From Chrysomallon squamiferum (lineage: Eukaryota > Animalia > Mollusca): a DNA stretch of 64,000 nt. The first letter of the stretch is position 1; the number at the start of each line of letters is the position of its first letter. Below the pieces are notes generated by a model. It did no database searches. It was given only the letters and a program-made list of their open reading frames with translations, and was not told the origin of the DNA. The position numbers and the translations under genes are program-made. Positions 32,298 to 47,000 of the stretch are shown here, in pieces. The stretch spans positions 14,694,001 to 14,758,000 of the forward strand of contig CM022673.1 in assembly GCA_012295275.1 (NCBI GenBank), in the 5' to 3' direction.

Positions 32298-35200
32298 TAC
32301 AGCTAACCCATTAGCTCTCAATCTGCAGGTAGCATAAACAAATTTCATGAACTCAAGACAATTACAAAGTTTACTTTTAATCTCACACACACACACACAC
32401 ACACACACATATGTATATGCTAACATACACATACACAATCATAAATATTCAAAGTCAAGTATGTGAACAAATTGGTTGCCATCTAATAGAGTTAATGTGG
32501 TTCACAATTTCACACATGAGTTAAAACTAGTAAACACAACTGATACACTATTACTACTGGCTGACTGCTGAGATTTCTGTTGTAGAATTTGTATCTGTGT
32601 ACACCTGTGTATCTCTGTTGTTCTTCAGAACTTCTTTTGATCTGAAATTTGAAAACAAATTTCCAGATTCATTTTCTTTCTTTTCTTTTATTTTTTTATT
32701 TATTTTTATTTTTTTTTTTTTTTTTTTTTTTGAGGACAGGTATTAATTAATTTATTAATATTATTATTATTGTTTTGTTTTTTTATATCATCTTGTTCAT
32801 TGAAATAAAAATAAACCCATTTGTATTTTATTATGTTATTTATACTGTTAACAGAATTGTTTTATTTTTTAAATATTCTTTTTAAAAAATTGGGGACAGA
32901 AATTTGAAGATAATGATTGGTATTAACGCAAAATATATTATCTTTGTTTTCATTTATTTTTTACCTTTAAAAGACAAACAGTTTAACAACAGGTATCTGA
33001 TATTCATACATTTATTTAATGACTGTTGCATGTGCTTCTCAGGGATAAAACCATATATTTGTCATATGTGTGTTCCTGCCAGTGTCAATCAAACATATAT
33101 ATGAGATTTGTTTACAGCTTGCTATATGCAAAAGAACCCTTGTTGTATTGTCAGACCACTGTCATCTGACAGCACTTTTCTGTTCACTGTCATACTAAAA
33201 AACATTGAACACCTACTAGTATTTAAAATTAAAACATGATTGTTTTTTTACTTCATATTGTTGAATGTTGCAATAATTGTTAAAATGTGTTAAAAGATTA
33301 AAAAAACATTAAATTTATTCTCTCAGCATAGTAAAAAAACACACAAAAAAATGGATCCCAAACATGACGAACATAAAAATGTTAATGTTCTTAAATATTC
33401 AGATTGCTTTTTTTTTTTTTATATCAGCATCCTTAAACATTCATATTTTTTTTTTTTTTTTTTTTAACACCTGATATCTATTAATATTAAAATGTTCTGC
33501 TTCAGAATATTCATTGATTTATTTTTTTCTGTCTGACTATATCAGTAATATGGAAATGAGAGAGAGACACGAATAAGAGGAAACTCTTTTATCCATGCTG
33601 TAGTAGCAACTTCAAAGACTTCATCCTACATAAATCATTGTGCCAAAGTGCATGTCACTGTGAAATACTCACATGTAAATTAAATGAAACATTTACAGCA
33701 TTGCATCTACAAATCGCCAGTAATATTGCCTCATTAATTATACTTACAGCTGACAACAGCCACATTAATTATTTTTTGAGTGTCAGAGAAAATAAGTGAG
33801 GAATTTTTATATGAATTTATGTTTTCTCCTGGTTAGTCAGATTTAATTCAAATTTATTTTCTTTCGTCACGTAATAAAATTCACAGAATTGTTTGTATTT
33901 CAGAACATATATCAAAAGAAGTATTTAAGCTATGAACTGTTTTTATTTCTGAAACACAAACCAATAGATAGTTTTAAATACTGTTTTATGTGACAGATGT
34001 ATTGACAATCTGTTATGTGTGTTGTATTAAATTTCTGTTTTATGTAACACTAACAGGTATAAATATATAGCTATGGAATCCAAATATTACATGAAGTCTG
34101 TAGCATTACAAGAAACTGTGTATTTTCTTAGGACCACCCCATAATCTGCATATTAATTAAAATGCAAATTCCAGCCAATCCCAAGAGAGCTTTTCATGCT
34201 CATATAATTTGCCAAGGACAACCCAGATCTGCATGTACATTTAAAATATAGTTTTCCATCAAGTCCCATAAGAGTTTTCATGTCAAACAATTGACCTATG
34301 ATAACCTTAAATTTGCATGTTCATTAAAATGTGTATTTCCAGCCAATCCCAAGGGAACCTTTTGTGTCAAACAATTGACTTCTGACCACTCATTATACAC
34401 ATATTCATTATAATAACAGTGTCCAAATTTTCACGAGTTCTTCAGAGTGTAGCTGTCCTTGTCATAGAATTTTGTTCTGTAGTTGGCTTTCGGTCAATGT
34501 TACATACCTTTATACAGCTGACCTGTTCATCAAACACAGTTTGTTTAATATATGGTATTGTTAGTCATCAAAAACAAACAATTTTATGTTCTTCTGTAGC
34601 TTTGTCCTGCACATGCTTGTTAGAATGAAATTATTTAATAAGAAAATTGATTTAAAAAAAAGAAATCAGAGGATAAATATGTTGAAAATTGGCATGTCTG
34701 TTTTCTATGAGATTTGTAATGAATACCGTGATTGATTAGTAATTTTCTCTTCTCATCTTTGAATCAGCATGCGTCTTCTCAGATCTTTTCTGTGCACATT
34801 TTCCCGTCATTTGAATTATTGATTATTTGAAACTTTTTACATGTGTATTTCCTTTCACAGGGTTATTATTAGCACGGCTAATATATCCACATTTCATTGT
34901 TTGAGGACCTGTTTGTGAAAGATTGTTGTTTGCTGTACGTTATATGCTGTGCTGTTTTGCTGAATCAGAAAATAGAGTTGTAATTTATTTTTAACATTTT
35001 GCCTCAAACTAAACTGAATGGCTGATGGCATTGGTGAAACTAAAATGAAAGAGCATTGGTGTAGGTGAAACTAAACTATGGGTGGTAGTGAAACTAAGCT
35101 GAATAGGTTGTGGTAGAAGTGAAACTAAACTGAATAAATGTTGGTGTAGGTGAAACTAAACTGGGTGGTAGTGAAACTAAACTAAAAGGGTTGTGGTGGA

Positions 35201-38200
35201 GGTGAAACTAAACAAAATGGGAGTTGGTATGGTGGAGGTAGATTTTAATTTTAAATAGAATGGTAATCTGAAAGTTTGTTCGTATTTGAAGAAAATATTT
35301 ATAGCAGGTTTCTGTTTTGTTTGTTTTATTAGAATGGATTACTGTTGCTCTTTACACAAAGATGTTTTCATTACTAGATAAATATTTACAGAAGTGTTTT
35401 CTATATCTGTATATTTCTGCAACAGATAAAATTAGATTTATTATTGTTTGATATTTACAAGGACGATGCAAAAATAGAGATTAACTGAAGTAGTTTTGTA
35501 TTTTACTACTGAAAATTCTGTTTAATTCTTTATAGTTTGTGGATGGGTGTATATATTTCTGATTTTTATTTATTAGATGAGTGTGTGTGTGTGTGGGATG
35601 GATGGACAAATACAGGATAATACTTGAGAAGTCTAAGCAGCAAAAATAGTTAAAAGTGTAGTATTTTTTAATGTTTGCATCATTCTGTTGAAATGTTTAT
35701 TGCTGAATACTTGTAGAAGTAACTCCCTTCAGGCTGTTAGTGTATAGTGTAACAGCTTTTATCTATTTTACAGTGTGTAGTAATTACAGCCAGCTTTCAG
35801 GTACTTAGACAGGTCAGTGGAGGTGCTACTAATATATTTGGCTGGTCTTGGTTTCACATTTCACTTTGTGTTTTATTGTATGGTGCTTGATTATTGGCAC
35901 AAAAACAGTTTGATAGTAAGCAGACACTGTGTGACAGTCACTGGCACATGTAACCATGTTACTAGTTTGTAACACACACAAACATGTTACAAGTGTAACT
36001 TTGTGTGAGAGGTTTATGTAAAAACAATGCCAGGAATATTTACAAGACTGTTAGCTGTGATCAGCTTTGCTTAACAAACTGCTGATTAATGAGGTGTTAA
36101 TGTTTTACAGTGGGTGAGAAATTAAGTCACTTTTGCTTTGTTTTTTTCACTGTCTGTGATGTGTTGATAATGATTTCATCAACTGATTTGAATGTTGACA
36201 GGTTTACTCTGATCTGGAACAGGGAGGGGTTAGGAACTGCTAGGTTTTACAAAATAAACCTGACTTTTAAAGACCGTTAGAGATGAAATTCTGCTATTCA
36301 CCACTACTCAGACTTAATTAGGAGGTTTAAGACAATAAATTATCTCTTCTTGTCAAGTACTCTGAGCAGATAACCTTGGATTTTGTCCAAATCAGACATC
36401 ACTGGTTAGATCTGTTAGAATTTAACAGCCAACAAGAACATGTTGTTTGTAACCTGACACCATCACCTACGTAAAACATCTGACGTCCATTCAAACTGAA
36501 GTGCAAGTTAATGTCTTCAGTTAATTAGTAAAGTTGTACGTCATTGTTCAGTTTGAAAAATTTCATGTTAAAAACTGACACTTGCATAAATCAGAGTAGA
36601 AAAACTCTGCATGATTTGTTAGATGAGATTAGAAAGAAAAAAAAAAACACCCAAAAAACAACAACAGAGGCATAACAATTTTGTATTTTATTTATTTATT
36701 TATTTATTTATTATTATTGTTACTGTTATTGTTATTGTTATTGTTACAGATAATGGAAAAGGAACTAATTGTTCTATGTTAGTTTTTTCATGATACAATC
36801 AGTTTCAGTATAAGAAGTAGTTATAAACATGTTTGTCTGTTGGTCTGTTTGTGATGTTCTTCACCTGGATGCTATACATTTCCTGATGCTATACATACTA
36901 ACTGTGAAGTCTGTGTGCAGGCTCAGATCAGTGATTTGTTCATGACACTGAAGGATTTCAGATAGCAAATCTTCACTTAACAGAATTTTACATTTCATTG
37001 CTCAACCTAACAACAGGTGGATCGTGTTACTCGTGTATAAAAATAAGTTGTTGAATGGTTAACATTTTTGTCTTATATTGTACTGTTCCTGAGATATATA
37101 TATTTTTTAAATATTTAAAAAATATATTTTGAAAACTGATTAGTGTAAGTTGATTTTACTTGCAGATTTCTACAGATTTTGGAAAAAAAAAAAAAAAAAA
37201 AAGTGTGATTATATTCTAATCAATAAAAAGTGAATTCTCAGTTTATTAATTTAAAAATAGAAAAAATCAAACTGTATTTACTGTTAAGAAACAGCTGTGA
37301 AAAAAACAAACAAAAAAAAACAACTAATTGCATATTTAATGGAGATTAAACTAAATGAAGAGGCCAGTGTTCTGGTTTGAAGAAATTAATTAGATCTGTA
37401 TTTGTAATAAATAATTGACAAGATTACAGCTGTCACTTCTCATTGAACACCTGATTGTAAATGTTCTCATTATATAAAGCTGCAGTCACAGTGTGCTGTT
37501 TACTGCAATGTTCACATTCATTACATGTGCATAAGTTAACAAACATCTACTGTAGATTTTTCTAATCATTAAATTTTGGGAAATAACAACACCTGCTTGT
37601 AGCCAAAAACAAAACTGAAACTGAAAAACATTGCTGATGTATAGTTAGTTTATAACAGGATGAATCTATAGTTTATAATGTGTATTAATCTATAGTTTAT
37701 AATGGATATTAATATATAGCTTATAATAGGCATTAATATATAGCTTATAATAGGAACCACTGTATGGTTTATAGTGTACATGCTATAGTAATTGTTAATG
37801 AAATGTCAGTAGTGAAATATTGGTTATTATTCAGTTGTAGCTATAACTTAACCTTGGTTCAGGTATCACTTTATGTTATTGCACGGTTGTTTGAGAAGCA
37901 AATTGTTTGTGTCATTCATTTAAATTAATTCTTCTGAATGTGCACTTTGAGTAATTACATTACTACTTTGTTATCTGGATACACGTGTAGCTGAGTGGTT
38001 AGAATACTCATCACCGGAATGAACTTTTCTTACTGGTTTTCAAAGATTATGTGTGTTTCTCTGTTTACTGGAAGCTGCATGTAAAGAATGTCTTACAGTT
38101 TAAGTGTAACAGCAGCTCATGAATGGAGGTTGCATGTTTCTTCTCTTACAATACATTATTATATACTTGTATAATCACAAATACACCTCCTCTCTAACAT

Positions 38201-40345
38201 ATACTTAACATGTCTGTTTAAAAAGACACACACACACGCACAACTCTTCTTTGACTTATACTTAACATGTCTATTTAAATAACCACACACATAACCTCCT
38301 AACTTATAGTTATACTTAGCATATCTATTTAAATAACCACACACACCTATCTAACTTGTAGTTAATGTATATTTAAATCACCAGATACACTTTTTCTCTT
38401 ATACTTAAAATGTCTATTTAAATAACCACAGACACCTCCTCACCAACTATACTTAACATGTCTATTTAAATAACCATGCACACACATCTCCTTTTTGACT
38501 TGTAATTAGCATGTCAAAAAAATAATCTCACACATATAGAAACACACACACACACACGCACGATGTGCACACACACACACACACACACACACACCACCTC
38601 ATTTAACTTGTACTTAACATTTTAGTTTATTTATTAAAAGATGTTTTCAAAATAATTGTTCATTCATGACTACACTTTTAGTTTGTAAGAAAGTTTTTCT
38701 TTCTAATTACCAATGTGTCAGTGTCTGCCCTTTAGCTGGATGCTTTATTTATTTCTCTCGGGGGAGGTAGGAAAGATTTTTAAACACAGTGTTGACATGA
38801 AAGGCAAATCTTTGTTGATCTGACATGCCATTAGTGACGTCTTGCATTTTCCAACATCTCTTTCTTCATGCATCAACAACAAAAGAAAGTCTAACATTAG
38901 GTGTTTTTCTAAATGTGTTACAAAAATAATTTAATTAATTTGTGTATATGTTGGATGACATTTGAAAAAAAAAGGAGAGAGAGAGAAAAAAAAACTGAGC
39001 CTGGTTTTTGGTACATTTTAGTATTAAGTTATCACCTGTCCAAAATTTAGATTTTTGTTTTTCTGATGATTTGACACATGAAATTTACTAGCAGCCACTT
39101 GGATTGACATCATAATTTGCTGCAAGTATTACAGTATTTTAAAAACCAATACAGAACACATCTCAGTAGATTGATAGCTCTAGGAAGATTGATCCTGCAT
39201 CTGTGAGCTGCACTATAAGAAAATTACTCCTAATTTTAAGAGATTGTCGGTTGCACGTTTTTGGTATAATAAATGGTCAATAAGGAGTCATTTTTTAAAA
39301 TTATATTTTTTTTATATTTATCATAAAAAGATGTGCTAGGTACCACTGCAAAGTTCCATTTCAGAATAGTTCCACAGATACCAATAAAATTTAGATCTCT
39401 TCAATTTCATATTTTTGGCTACATGCAGGCTACAAGTCAGGTATGGTTTTTTGAATAGACATGCAGACAGATAGGGGTGTGGGTGGGTGGTCATTTAAAT
39501 AGACATGTTAAGTATACGGCAGATAGGAGATGTATGTGTGTGTGTGGTGTGTTTAGAAATTAAGTGCAGCTGAGACAGGAGGTGTATGGAAATTGTTAAT
39601 ATTGAACAGTGATGCAGGAGGAGAAAATTGAAAACTAACATAAAGGTTTGATAAGGACACATTTACAACCAATTTCCAGTGTTTTTATGGCCACCTCCAA
39701 TGAGGCTGCTGAAAATAGCTGATTGAAAATAACTTGGTGTGTGATTTTATTGCGAGAGAATGCTTTTCTTCTTGCCCATGCTGAGCAGTTTGATGTGATT
39801 ACTTTACGTTGTGTGAGCCTATCTGTGACACGTCATTAAGTGCTTGTATAGACGTGCTTACCTCTGCGCTTACTATCAGCTTAGCAATCAATAAAGTGGT
39901 CATTTCATAACTTACTGATTTAGTGTTTTACACATAGAACTAAACTACAACTTCTTTACTTGTAATTAAATTAACCTGTTTAATACATCTTTCGTTAACC
40001 TTTCAACAGACAATAATTCAGTTTCATCTAATGTAAAATAATAACTTTTGCTGACCATTAATTGAGTTTTAGCTGACCCATAATTGAACATTGGGTAACC
40101 TAAATTTGAACTTTACTGGTCTGTAATTGAACTCCGACTGATATATAATTTAGACTTACTGGTATGCAATTTGTAACTACTTGTGTACAATTTAACAATC
40201 TACTTCAGGTAATTCAAATTGACATCCACTCTAATTTAAACACCTTTCTAATTTTTTACTCATCATTAATCTAGTCTTCCCAGTGTGACTGTGTGTGCAT
40301 GTGTGTGTGTCTGTAATGATGTAGTCTGCAAATGCTCAGGCAACA

Positions 40346-40379
<34 letters not shown>

Positions 40380-43300
40380 CACACAATACACAGGGTACAA
40401 AACTGTTAAGATTTCTCTGCTGAATGTTTCCATGTGTTGAAGACTTCAGAAAATGCACATCAATGTCAACACCAGGTAGAAATATTTGTGTTATTTCACA
40501 ACTTCCTTGTAAAATGAACAATTTCGTTCAGTGCAAACAGCTGCTTGTGAACTCAACGTCCATTAACCTTTTTTTTTCTTTAATTATTTATTTATAAAGC
40601 AAAAGAAAAGAGAAAAAATTGGGGTGTTGGAAAGAGTGCATTATCATGGTTCTTATTTTGTTGTTAGAATATACATACCAGACAAACTACGAGTTAAAAT
40701 ATAAGACTTAAAGAGTAATATTAATTTATAATTACAGTCTTTAATTTAAAAAAAAAAAATTTGTTTTAATTTATTGTTCAGTTTTTTTTGTGTGTGTTTT
40801 TAAAAAATTCAGATTTCTCTTTGACTAAAGGCAGTTATAACATGGTGTAATTATTGCTGAGATCCATTAAAGCTGTTAACATCACTTTTTGTCCTCAAGT
40901 CAGATACTAGTATTTCAAGAAATTAATGAGAAAAAAAAAAAAAAATAATAATAATAATAGTTGTGAAGGGGAAAGAAAAGATTTATCAGGAATTATTATT
41001 ATTATTGTTATTATAACAAAAGTTAATATTATATAAAGTAAATACTTTTTTAAATAGATTTCCACACACACTGCATATTTGTTAGTCATAATAACAATTA
41101 TCAGTTTGATCAGACATGTCCAAAATACTTTGATACATATTTTTGTACCTATTTAATTGGATGAAAAGTAAATAAAAATAAATGATTAATAGATTCAAAT
41201 CAACTTTATATTTATTATATTTGTGTTTGGCATAGAAATATATTTAATTTAATAGTCACTCCTGTCAAGTTGGCTGTTAATGTGTCTGTGTTGTGACTGA
41301 GCCAGAGTTAATTAGGGATTTGCATCTGCAAATGTCTAAATATGAACTGTTTCATGGATATTATTAGAGACCAGAAAACAACAGTTGATGTTATAAATAC
41401 ATTTTTGCCAACTTTAAATACAGATTAGTATTTAAGAAACAAAAAATAATAAAAATAGTAATAAAGAGAGAAAAGAAAAGAAAGAAAAAATTAATCTGCT
41501 TTTATGAAATTAAAAAAAACTTGCCATCCAAGAAGATTCCAATAATCTTCACCATAAACCTAGAGATCAAGCGGCATCTGTGTTATTGTTAGTATTTTGT
41601 GTAAATTGTGACAGTGTTCTATAGAATATGTAAATCCTGACAATGTTGTATATAACTTGTAGATCCTAGCTGTTGTATAGAACCTGTAAATCCTGACAAT
41701 GTTGTATATATCTACCTAAGATGGTACTGACAAGTGTTTGACTTATTTATTTAATTTTAGTTTGTTACTGATTCATGCTTCAAAACCTTTGAAATTAATT
41801 GTGAATAATTTTTATGTTTCATATATATTAAAGATATTACTGTATCAGTAACAAGTCATTACATTTGGATATCAGCAATTGCATAGTTCTTGTTAACATG
41901 TTATTAAATGGAAGTATATATATAGGTTACAAGAGAGCAGTGCTATATGTGAAAGTGGACTAAATTTAGTAGACGTAGTGGTAGTTAAATGGAAAATCCC
42001 TAAATTTGGTAGTAGTTGTAGTTATATGGACATAGACTAAATTGGGTGGAAGTAGTGGTAGATGAAGTGGACTAAATTTGGTAGATGTAGTTATGTGGAC
42101 ATAGACTAAATTGGGTAGAAGTAGTAGTAGATGAAGTGGACTAAATTTGGTAGATGTAGTTGTAGTTGTATGGACATAGACTAAATTGGGTGGAAGTAGT
42201 AGTAGATGAAGTGGACTTAAATTTGGTAGATGTAGTTGTAGTTATATGGACAGAGACTATATTGGGTAAAAGTAGTGGTAGTTATATGGAAGAAGACTAA
42301 ATCTGGTAGAAATAGTCATAGTTATATGGATGTATCCTAAATTTGGTAAAGGAATGGTAATTATATGGATGTAGACTAAATTTGGTAGAGTAGTGGTAGT
42401 TATGCGGAAGTAGGCTAAATTTGGTAGAAGTAGTGGTAGTTATATGGAAGTGGGCCAGATTGTCTGGAAGTAGATATAGTTAAGTGTAAGTAGACTTAGC
42501 TAAGTGTAAGCAGAGATATAAATGTAAGTAATTTTAACCCAGACATCTGACTCATCTGATGATCATTCGTATAAGACTAATTCAATTGGACATCATTTAT
42601 GGGTAATTATTTTTACTGATGCTGTCATTGATATGGTAATTACTTTTACACTGATGTGATCATTCAGGTATTGGCGATGCAGGATGTTTTAGATGCAAGG
42701 CAGTGATTTTATTTGGTGATTTGCTTTGTCAAACACTTTTATTCCAGTCCGCTGACTTCTCTTACCTGGCTCGCCAGTCGAACTGATGGCAGAATGAGAA
42801 TTAGTTGCATGATGGCGCTGCCTGGTGCTTGCCTCAATTTGATGTAATAAGAGTTATTGATTGGACGAACCTGCTTACAGTGGCTGTGACAACACGCAAA
42901 CTATGTGGCTCAAACTGCGAGAATGAAAGCGTGATGCTGACTAGCAATCACACTGACACGCGTAATGTGAGGTGAATGTAATACAAACAGTATTTCACGG
43001 CTCTGCGTGAATCACCTTCTTTATCTCTAACTCCACAGAACAGCTAAAGGTCAAAGCCGGCTACTTTAGCAGACATAAATTTGAGTTTTATTAGCTACCA
43101 GCTTTATTTTATTTTAAAAAGCCTCTTAAGAAAAAAAAAAAAAAAAAAAAAAAAGCAGTTAAAAAACCCACAAAAAAACCCACACTTCCTGGTGAGGATA
43201 ATGGATGTGCTTATGCAACTCAGCAGTATTTAATATATTAAAGAAGATGTAATTAGTAAAAAAAAAAAACTAAAAAAAAATACCAACAAATTTTACAAGG

Positions 43301-43952
43301 GAAATAAAAGAAGAAAAAAAGCACAGATCAGTAACACCAAAAATAAAAAACTACCATTAGTAAGAAGACACCCACTAATTTACATACTTTTTACATTTTT
43401 ATTATTAATTATATATTGATGACATGATAATGTAGAAATTATAATAGAATGTTCAGTAATTTGCAAACTAATTTATTGTAACAAGAAGTCAGCTTATCTT
43501 GCACAATTGTTTATCTTTACTACTAAAAACAAATAGAGTGTGTATGTACATCATCAAAAAACTACTTTTTTTTTAAAAAAAAAAAAAATAAAATATTTGT
43601 TTTATTGTTCGTTAAAAATACATAAATAATATATATATAAATTTATGTGTTTCAACATGTATAATAAAATTATTTGTTGGCCAAGCATAAAGGATTATTA
43701 TATAAATGTGTTGAAGAAATCAATGCAGCAGTTTGCTGAAACCTGCTTGTGACATTCACATATTACATTGTTCACACTGGTGTACAGATCTAACAAATAA
43801 TACTTGTCTTATTAATTTTTGTATCAGATAAAGAAAAACTTTAAAATATCAGAATTGAGACATAATAACAAACTTAAATGGCATTTTCACTAATATATCA
43901 TGAGGGTTGTTGTGACAGTTGTGTTAAATTATATTTAAATAAATGTGTGTTT

Positions 43953-44002
<50 letters not shown>

Positions 44003-47000
44003 AGATAAACAGTGGAGAATTTAGGTTTAGATGATGACTATGATAAATTTTTTAAATTACATTTTATGTTGAGGCAGATGTATATGTATTTTTGTATGAG
44101 TGTGTGTTGTATATATGTGAGTTTGTGTTGGCAAAATAAACAGTGGAGAATTTTGGTTTAGATGATGACTGTGTAACACTGTCAATGCTGTTGCTGCTGG
44201 TGTTAAGATGTGTAAGTGAGTTAAACTGATTGTGTTTGACTCAGTAATTAATAGAGTGCTTACTAAGTACTTTTATTATGTCACTCTGACCATCTGTCTT
44301 TTTATCAACTTACTTGTGTGTGAAATTTCATCCATGCTTGTCTGACTCTATGTGTGTATATGTAAAAATATACAATAACTTCATAAAGGCACAGTATCAC
44401 TTTTGACCTGTATTGTTTGTGATAAACTGACTGAAGTAGATACATATGTTTATCCTATGCCATGGTGAAAAAAATCAACAAATCATTATTTTTTTTCAAT
44501 ATTCTTTACATTTTTATCATGATACTCTGTGCAGGTGATAATGTGGAAAATGTTGATTTTGTTTATAAAGTATTTTGCAGTCACTGCTAATCAATAACAC
44601 GTTCCCACTTAAAGAGAAATTTATGACCACATGTTTGAACAGGATGGCCTGAAGGGTCATGTGACCAGTCACTGTAGGAAAATTAATTTATACAATTTGA
44701 ACATGGAGAAACTGAGATAGTATTTGTCGAAGAAAAAGTTGACTTGATCTCTCAAAGCCTTTTGTTTGCTGAATTCAATTAGCTTTTCATGTTGGAGCTT
44801 TCGAACTGTTTGATGTGAATACTTAGTTGACAGTGAACTGTAAATTGTTCTGAGTGCTTTAATTAGGCCACCACCCATGTCTCTGCTTGAACTGAGACTC
44901 AGCTAGAATACTTGCATTTACACGCAGACACTGTGTGAAGTCTTCTCACATGATTACTTTGATGACTGCTTTTATGCATGGTTATTAAAACTGAGGAGAT
45001 TTGTACGTGTATCACATATTCACAATGTCACACAAGAAAGATTTGTCACGGTGGCATAAACAACAGTCGGTGCGGCATCAACACGTTCTCACAGGAAACT
45101 TAAAGTGTAAGAAAATACTAATTAAAATTATAGTAACACAGTCTTAATAGTTATATGACAGTAAACTAGTCCTTATACTGAAATTACATTGAACTAGACA
45201 TTATACTGAAATTACAGTAAATTAGTCCGTAAATTAATTATAATACTGAAAATACAGTGAATTAGTCCTTATATTGAATTTACAGTGAACTAGACATTTA
45301 TACTGAAATTACTGTGAACAAGACATTATACTGAAATTACAGTTAACTAGACATTATACTGAAATTACAGTGGACTAGACGTTGTACTGAAATTACAGTG
45401 AACTAATCATGAAACTGAAATTACAGTAAAGTAGTCATTACACTGAAATTACAGTGAATTAGTCATTGTACTGAAACTACAGTGAACTAGTCATAATACT
45501 GAAATTACAGTGAACTAGTCATTGTACTGAAATTACAATGAACTAGTCATTGTACTGAAATTACAATTGTATATGTTTTTCTGTAGAAAGAAAAGGACAT
45601 AAAACAGCCTTTGACAAGTTGTTAGTCATTAGTTAGAATGGGAAATTGGTCAGTGGTTGCAGTGTTACCTTTGCTGCACATTAACACTGAACCATAATCT
45701 AGTTCTCTCTCAGAAACAAGTCAAATTCTCTGTTGTGCTTCTTTTATTTTTCCTCTACATATTACTGCAAAATGGCAGTGTTAATATGTGTATGTGTGTG
45801 TACTGAAGTTGGTAAATAACAAAAGCTTTTATTTTCAGCTCAGGACTGTCTGGCCTACATGCAGAATGGCAGTGACTTGATAAAGGTCCGGTCTAACAGT
45901 CGACAGTATCACAGATTCTTCACCCTCGGCAGTGACATGACAGAGATTCGCTGGCAACCAACATCCAAGAAGCCACACAAAGCTCGCAGTGAGTATCCAC
46001 GGTCACCCCTATTCCACTCTCAACTTGGGATATAATAGATATATTAGTACGAGATATAAATCATTAACTCACATGAAGCTGGGCATGTTTAATCAAAGTA
46101 AATAGCAGTGCTATCACAGTAAACACACTTAACCTATATCTGTGTCTGAACACACAGACAATATTTCAAACTCTTCTGAGAATTATCATTTAGCTTTTAA
46201 TTTCTCAAGAGGATACTTCATGTATCATATATTGAGATGCATTACTCAGGGGACAGAGTGAGGTTTAAAAAAACTAATAAAAAAAATATAAACAATGATT
46301 TCAGTTTCTACTGTTATTAATATCTAAGATTATATTTATCTTGCTTAATCAGTAAAACTAATACATAATTTCAAAAAAATGTTAATCGTTAAACAAACGG
46401 AAATATTATTTTTCAAGTTGACCTATCTGTGATTTACATCCAGCATGTCTGATGTATTATCAATCATTTCTTCTGCAGCATAATGCTTATTTCCAGTTCC
46501 GAACAATATCCCGTATCTAATAGCATGGAAAGTATTTTACTGTTAATAAGAAAATGTGTGTTAAAGATTCCAAGAAGAGTTAAACTGGTATCGATACCAC
46601 CGAGTCTCCTTTGCAATGTAATCATCATATATAAAAAAATACTTGTATTATTAATGTTAAAATATTTTAACATTGGTTTAATTTTTTGCTGTATTTTTAT
46701 TTCAGTTGCTGTGAACACAATCAAGGAAGCAAGACAGGGTAAAACGACGGATGCTTTGAGAAATAAAGAAATCGCAGGAATTTACCCTGACGAGTGTGCG
46801 TTCTCCATCATCTTTGGCGAGGAGTTTGAGTCGATGGACTTGATAGCAAACACGCCAGACGAGGCCAACATCTGGGTCACTGGTTTGACCTGTCTCATCA
46901 ACGCCAACTCAAAATCAAACAACTGTAAGTTGTATTTTCATAGTAACTTTTTATTTAATAAATCGTGTTATTCAAGTTGTAAACTTACATAGGTATGGTT

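Noticed and set aside
37984-38010. tRNA gene
   Set aside because: Only an A-box-like fragment; no B-box or cloverleaf, consistent with a SINE head
46483-46705. 5' extension of the 169-aa ORF
   Set aside because: Intronic read-through; the real exon starts at the acceptor at 46706
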